Positions 60,302 through 64,000 of a DNA stretch of 64,000 nt are shown here, piece after piece. The stretch is taken from NCBI GenBank assembly GCA_000182565.2, contig KQ257474.1; one strand, written 5' to 3'. This DNA comes from Spizellomyces punctatus DAOM BR117. Lineage: Eukaryota. A program made the position numbers and the translations under genes. A model generated the notes under the pieces. It saw nothing but the letters and a program-made list of their open reading frames with translations, did no database searches and had not been told where the DNA came from. The number at the start of each line of letters is the position of its first letter. The stretch's first letter is position 1.

Positions 60302-62761
60302 ATGGGTCCGACGGAACTCATGGTGGAGATCCACCCGTACATGGCTGCGTTCGCCCTGATTTTTCTATTCGCCTACGGTCTTTGGGCGGGATTCATCAGC
60401 CCCCTCGGCTATCTGCTCAAGCTTCGCTTCTTTACCGAGGGATATTCACACAAACCGCATTTGTCGTTGTGCATATTTTCTGTCGTTACGAGTCTGGCGG
60501 TGGTAGGGTCCATCCTTGCGGTGTCTTTCAGGTTGCACGGCTCCGAGGGATGGACTCCAGTAAACTTTTTCAGCACGGCTTGGGCTGGATGCAATTACTG
60601 GACGACCTCCCCAGAGTATCAGCAAGAGCCCGCCGTCTTTTTTTATGTATACGGCAGCCAAATCTTAATGACGATTCTGGAGGTTGCGTTTTGCGTGATG
60701 GCCAGATGGGGCCCGCGTCCGATGCCTGCAACCACGCCAGCACCAGAAAACCACGCCTATATTGTTGTATGTCACAACAGCTCGGATATACTGAAACGTA
60801 CCATACCGGCCATTCTCGCTCTTGTGAGGCCGCATCAGATTTATATTGCTGATAATGGATCCACCCAGGAAGAGGAAGTACTGACGGACGCCCTCTGTAT
60901 TGAGATGTCTGAAGCATATTATCGATCACATCCCGAGCTCGGTCCTCAGACTTATATTCAGGTTGCACATATTCCTGTCGGGAGCAAAACGCTAGCACAG
61001 TATTCAACTGTGCACCATCTCCTTGAGAGATTCCGAGTTTCCGAGTCTTCCGTCGACACAGTAACGATCATTGACGATGACGTGATCATGCCTAGTTTTT
61101 GGTCATACGAGACTGTCAATTCGTTGATGAAGGTACCAGGAACCGTGGCACTGGCTTACCCTTTGCGTGCGGCAAACCAAGACCAAACGATATGTGCTAC
61201 GCTTCAGGATATCGAATACCTGGGTGGGAATGTACATCGATTCGCTCAAGACGCGTTTGGGTCTCAACTCTGGGCTTCCGGTGCCATCGCCACCTGGCGG
61301 TTAGAGCAGCTCAAGTTGGTTTTGGACCGGCACTGTACAGTCTTCAACGGAGAAGATCTTGAAATGGGATACATCATGCATAAGCTCTCTGGGAGACCCG
61401 AAACGGACAAGCTGGCTATGGATATCCCTTTACGCATTGGTTATGTACAAGACTGCGTTGTTCCCACTGTGGTACCTCCTTGTTGGTGCCATTGGTATGA
61501 TTTCATACCTGCAGGCCGGAAACGAACGTGGAAAGTTCGTCCTTGCGACTGCGGCGAACACTCCTTTTTCAACCAACGTCTTCGATCCTGGGATCCTGCA
61601 TCTCACCAGTACTTTGTCAAGTTCCTAACTATCGTCTTTTCAAGAGGAGGCTGGTGCAATTTTCCAAAGAATTTTATTCGTGTCCTGTGCACTTGGAAGG
61701 TGCTGGGGCTTCTTCGCGAGTACATCCTATTCATTACCGTCATCTACTCGTTCGCCCGTGTTCGCAACACGAAAAACCTACTGTACATTGGAGTATTTTG
61801 GGCCGACTGTCTCATCATTGCCTGGGCTCATTTGGCCGCTAGATTGCTTTTCACGTCAAAGAATCTGCGCAAAATATCCATGGCAATCCGGCCGGACGCA
61901 CTTTTGGCTTATCCGATACTCTACGGATTCCCGTATGAGTTTTTGATCCGACTGGTAGTAGTGTTCTACACATTTTTATACTACCTCTTTGCCAAACCGT
62001 TTCCCGATCCGATCAGAAAGCAAATTGTCGAGAATCCGTCATTGGGACACACTCTTCATTCTGCTTGGAAGCGTGGTGACGATCCCACTCCAAGGCTTTT
62101 ATCAGATGGCCATCAGATGCCAGACAGTAGAGTGACGCTTTTGAACGAAGCGGTGCCTTTCATGCCAGACTGCGACGATCCACACGAAACGATGGAAGTG
62201 TCTCGAGGACCATCAATTGGCTCTGATCGAAGCAACGCTCCAAGTAACTTGAGTGTGCTTGTGCAACCCCAGATGCTGCCTGTGAGGCACGAAGTCTTGG
62301 AGATATCTGCGGTTCCACAACCATCAGCTGTACCCCACCATCCTATAGACGTCAAAACGTCTATTGAGGCGATGCCACTTGGCGATGGACCTGCCAACCG
62401 AAAGGCCGCGTTGCGGCAAAGCCGTGCGTCCTCAAGCACCCTGATGGGATCCGGGAAGCAAGGAGATGACATTTCTACGGCAAGCTCAATCTATCCCCAC
62501 AGCCGCCAGAGTACATCATCAGCGCGAACTTGGGCAAGCGACCGAAGTACAATGGTGAACTCTTCGGAAGACGACGCCGATGATGATCTTACGTCATCGA
62601 CGCGACACAGTGGAAACAATCAGCAACAGATTCAAAAACCTACGACGGGACCAACGACAGGCGATGACTTTAAGATTGACGCACAAAAGCACACCTTAAG
62701 TCGCACTGCGACTGATGGTACACTGAACATTACGGAATTGAACAGTATTGGGGCAAATTAG
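60302..62761 (+). CDS. Membrane glycosyltransferase family 2 (processive polysaccharide-synthase-like), intronless
   Basis: ADNGS, IIDDD, GEDL, QRLRSW motifs between N- and C-terminal TM blocks. Confidence 0.85.
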   Translation: MGPTELMVEIHPYMAAFALIFLFAYGLWAGFISPLGYLLKLRFFTEGYSHKPHLSLCIFSVVTSLAVVGSILAVSFRLHGSEGWTPVNFFSTAWAGCNYWTTSPEYQQEPAVFFYVYGSQILMTILEVAFCVMARWGPRPMPATTPAPENHAYIVVCHNSSDILKRTIPAILALVRPHQIYIADNGSTQEEEVLTDALCIEMSEAYYRSHPELGPQTYIQVAHIPVGSKTLAQYSTVHHLLERFRVSESSVDTVTIIDDDVIMPSFWSYETVNSLMKVPGTVALAYPLRAANQDQTICATLQDIEYLGGNVHRFAQDAFGSQLWASGAIATWRLEQLKLVLDRHCTVFNGEDLEMGYIMHKLSGRPETDKLAMDIPLRIGYVQDCVVPTVVPPCWCHWYDFIPAGRKRTWKVRPCDCGEHSFFNQRLRSWDPASHQYFVKFLTIVFSRGGWCNFPKNFIRVLCTWKVLGLLREYILFITVIYSFARVRNTKNLLYIGVFWADCLIIAWAHLAARLLFTSKNLRKISMAIRPDALLAYPILYGFPYEFLIRLVVVFYTFLYYLFAKPFPDPIRKQIVENPSLGHTLHSAWKRGDDPTPRLLSDGHQMPDSRVTLLNEAVPFMPDCDDPHETMEVSRGPSIGSDRSNAPSNLSVLVQPQMLPVRHEVLEISAVPQPSAVPHHPIDVKTSIEAMPLGDGPANRKAALRQSRASSSTLMGSGKQGDDISTASSIYPHSRQSTSSARTWASDRSTMVNSSEDDADDDLTSSTRHSGNNQQQIQKPTTGPTTGDDFKIDAQKHTLSRTATDGTLNITELNSIGAN

Positions 62762-63003
62762 ATTACGAACTTAATTGGTAGTGAGGACAGTCTGGCTACG
62801 AAGTTGTATTTAACAGGATATAGATGCCAGTTTTCAGAGAAGGCGAATTTAAGTAGTAATGAGGAAAGTATGGTTAAGTAATTGTATTTAATGCTATATA
62901 GGCGAAAGCTTAGAGACAAGGGGAATGTATGTAAGGAAGCGCATCGCACTTATTTTTGCATGTATTAGGTATTATATAGATAACTCAATCACATCTGTCC
63001 CGT

Positions 63004-63969
63004 TCAAAACCATTCATTTCCACCCAAGTGCCATACGCTAATCTTGGATGCACCAGCCATGTGAGCCGCTTGTACTTTTTCTCTCAAGCTTACATTATCC
63101 GAAATCACCCATTTGTCGCCTTGGGCATCATCAACCATGATCTCTGCAGATGTTGCCTCGCGCCGATTCGGATCATAAACGCCTAATGCTTTAGCGACCT
63201 CCAGCGTTGTCAGCGTTACGGTTCCATTATGTTTGTTAACTCGATAGCTATAGGATGGAAGCCCAATCACAAGGCGGCCCGTAGATATACCCAGCGAAAG
63301 AAGATATTGTGTCCAGACATGTATCCATTTGAGGGGCGCAATGGGTGCCCCGACTTCGTCAAGCCATTGGTAGTCATAGCACATGGGCGTAATGTAGTCA
63401 ACGGGGAGGTTTATGAAGTCTTCATAACGCCAACGGTAGTTTTGATTGGAGGGGTCATAATCCGTAGGCCCACAAACGCTCAATTTTCGATTGTGCGATT
63501 GCAAAAGCATACCCAGATCACTGACGAGGGATTTGTAATTCGCATAGTCTGCATCTGACCATTTACTGAATGCCTCCAAATCGAGATCAATTCCGGTCAA
63601 TCCATACTCATTGCAAAAGTCCACCAAAGTCAAAATAAAAGCATTTCGCTTTTCAATGTCCGTGTACACTGCACGAAATGCGTCCAGCTGGCATGATACA
63701 GTCACCAATTGCTCATCAGAGTGCGCTTTGATGTCGGCAACGTTGGTCAGACTGAATCCGTTCTTTGTGTCAAAAAGGTCATCGGGATCCTCTTTATCCA
63801 GCTTAAGAATTCCGTTTGGTTGTAGTGTAAAGTATTGCGGGCGCAGGACATGGATGCGAACGGAGCGATAAGTGTCCGGGGCATTGAGAGCTGGGCTACC
63901 TGGGTAAATCCAGGCGTGGAGTTGCATGTTGAGCGGAACCTGAGTTGCTCCTAACGTGGGTAATAGCAC
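63004..63969 (-). CDS. Glycoside hydrolase family 18 (chitinase-like); N-terminus may extend past window
   Basis: GIDLDLE (DxDxE), PMCYDY, IGLPSY, SVWHLG. Confidence 0.85.
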   Translation of the reverse strand: MLLPTLGATQVPLNMQLHAWIYPGSPALNAPDTYRSVRIHVLRPQYFTLQPNGILKLDKEDPDDLFDTKNGFSLTNVADIKAHSDEQLVTVSCQLDAFRAVYTDIEKRNAFILTLVDFCNEYGLTGIDLDLEAFSKWSDADYANYKSLVSDLGMLLQSHNRKLSVCGPTDYDPSNQNYRWRYEDFINLPVDYITPMCYDYQWLDEVGAPIAPLKWIHVWTQYLLSLGISTGRLVIGLPSYSYRVNKHNGTVTLTTLEVAKALGVYDPNRREATSAEIMVDDAQGDKWVISDNVSLREKVQAAHMAGASKISVWHLGGNEWF

Positions 63970-64000
63970 GAAAGCAAGCTTGGCAAATGTGGCAAACTTT

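Overview
Eukaryotic, almost certainly fungal DNA: short GT-AG introns and fungal-type metabolic genes; an early-diverging lineage such as a chytrid is plausible but is inference. Bases 1-39,240 are a nested LTR-retrotransposon cluster of three families. Family A is a CpG-rich Ty3/Gypsy element with a chromodomain (copies at 1-5641 +, 5728-13760 -, 17749-26572 +). Family B is a CpG-poor chromovirus-like Gypsy element (15377-35187 +, plus a solo LTR). Family C is a Ty1/Copia element with a half-tRNA PBS (several partial copies and a solo LTR). From about 39.9 kb the window is gene-dense host sequence: polyprenol reductase, an orphan Q-rich protein, ketopantoate reductase, pyruvate carboxylase, a SET methyltransferase, kynureninase, a kynurenine-formamidase-like hydrolase, a metallo-beta-lactamase-fold protein, UDP-glucose 4-epimerase, a GT2 synthase and a GH18 protein. 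The most unusual object is family A. It carries a degenerate DIRS/Dam-like adenine-methyltransferase-like domain between gag and protease. It also carries a 261-aa unknown ORF ('ORF X') after the chromodomain, present as two ~60%-identical alleles, each paired with an unrelated LTR U3 on a near-identical pol backbone. A possible epimerase-GT2-GH18 polysaccharide cluster is the second candidate system. All family assignments are by-eye motif recognition; no database searches were run.
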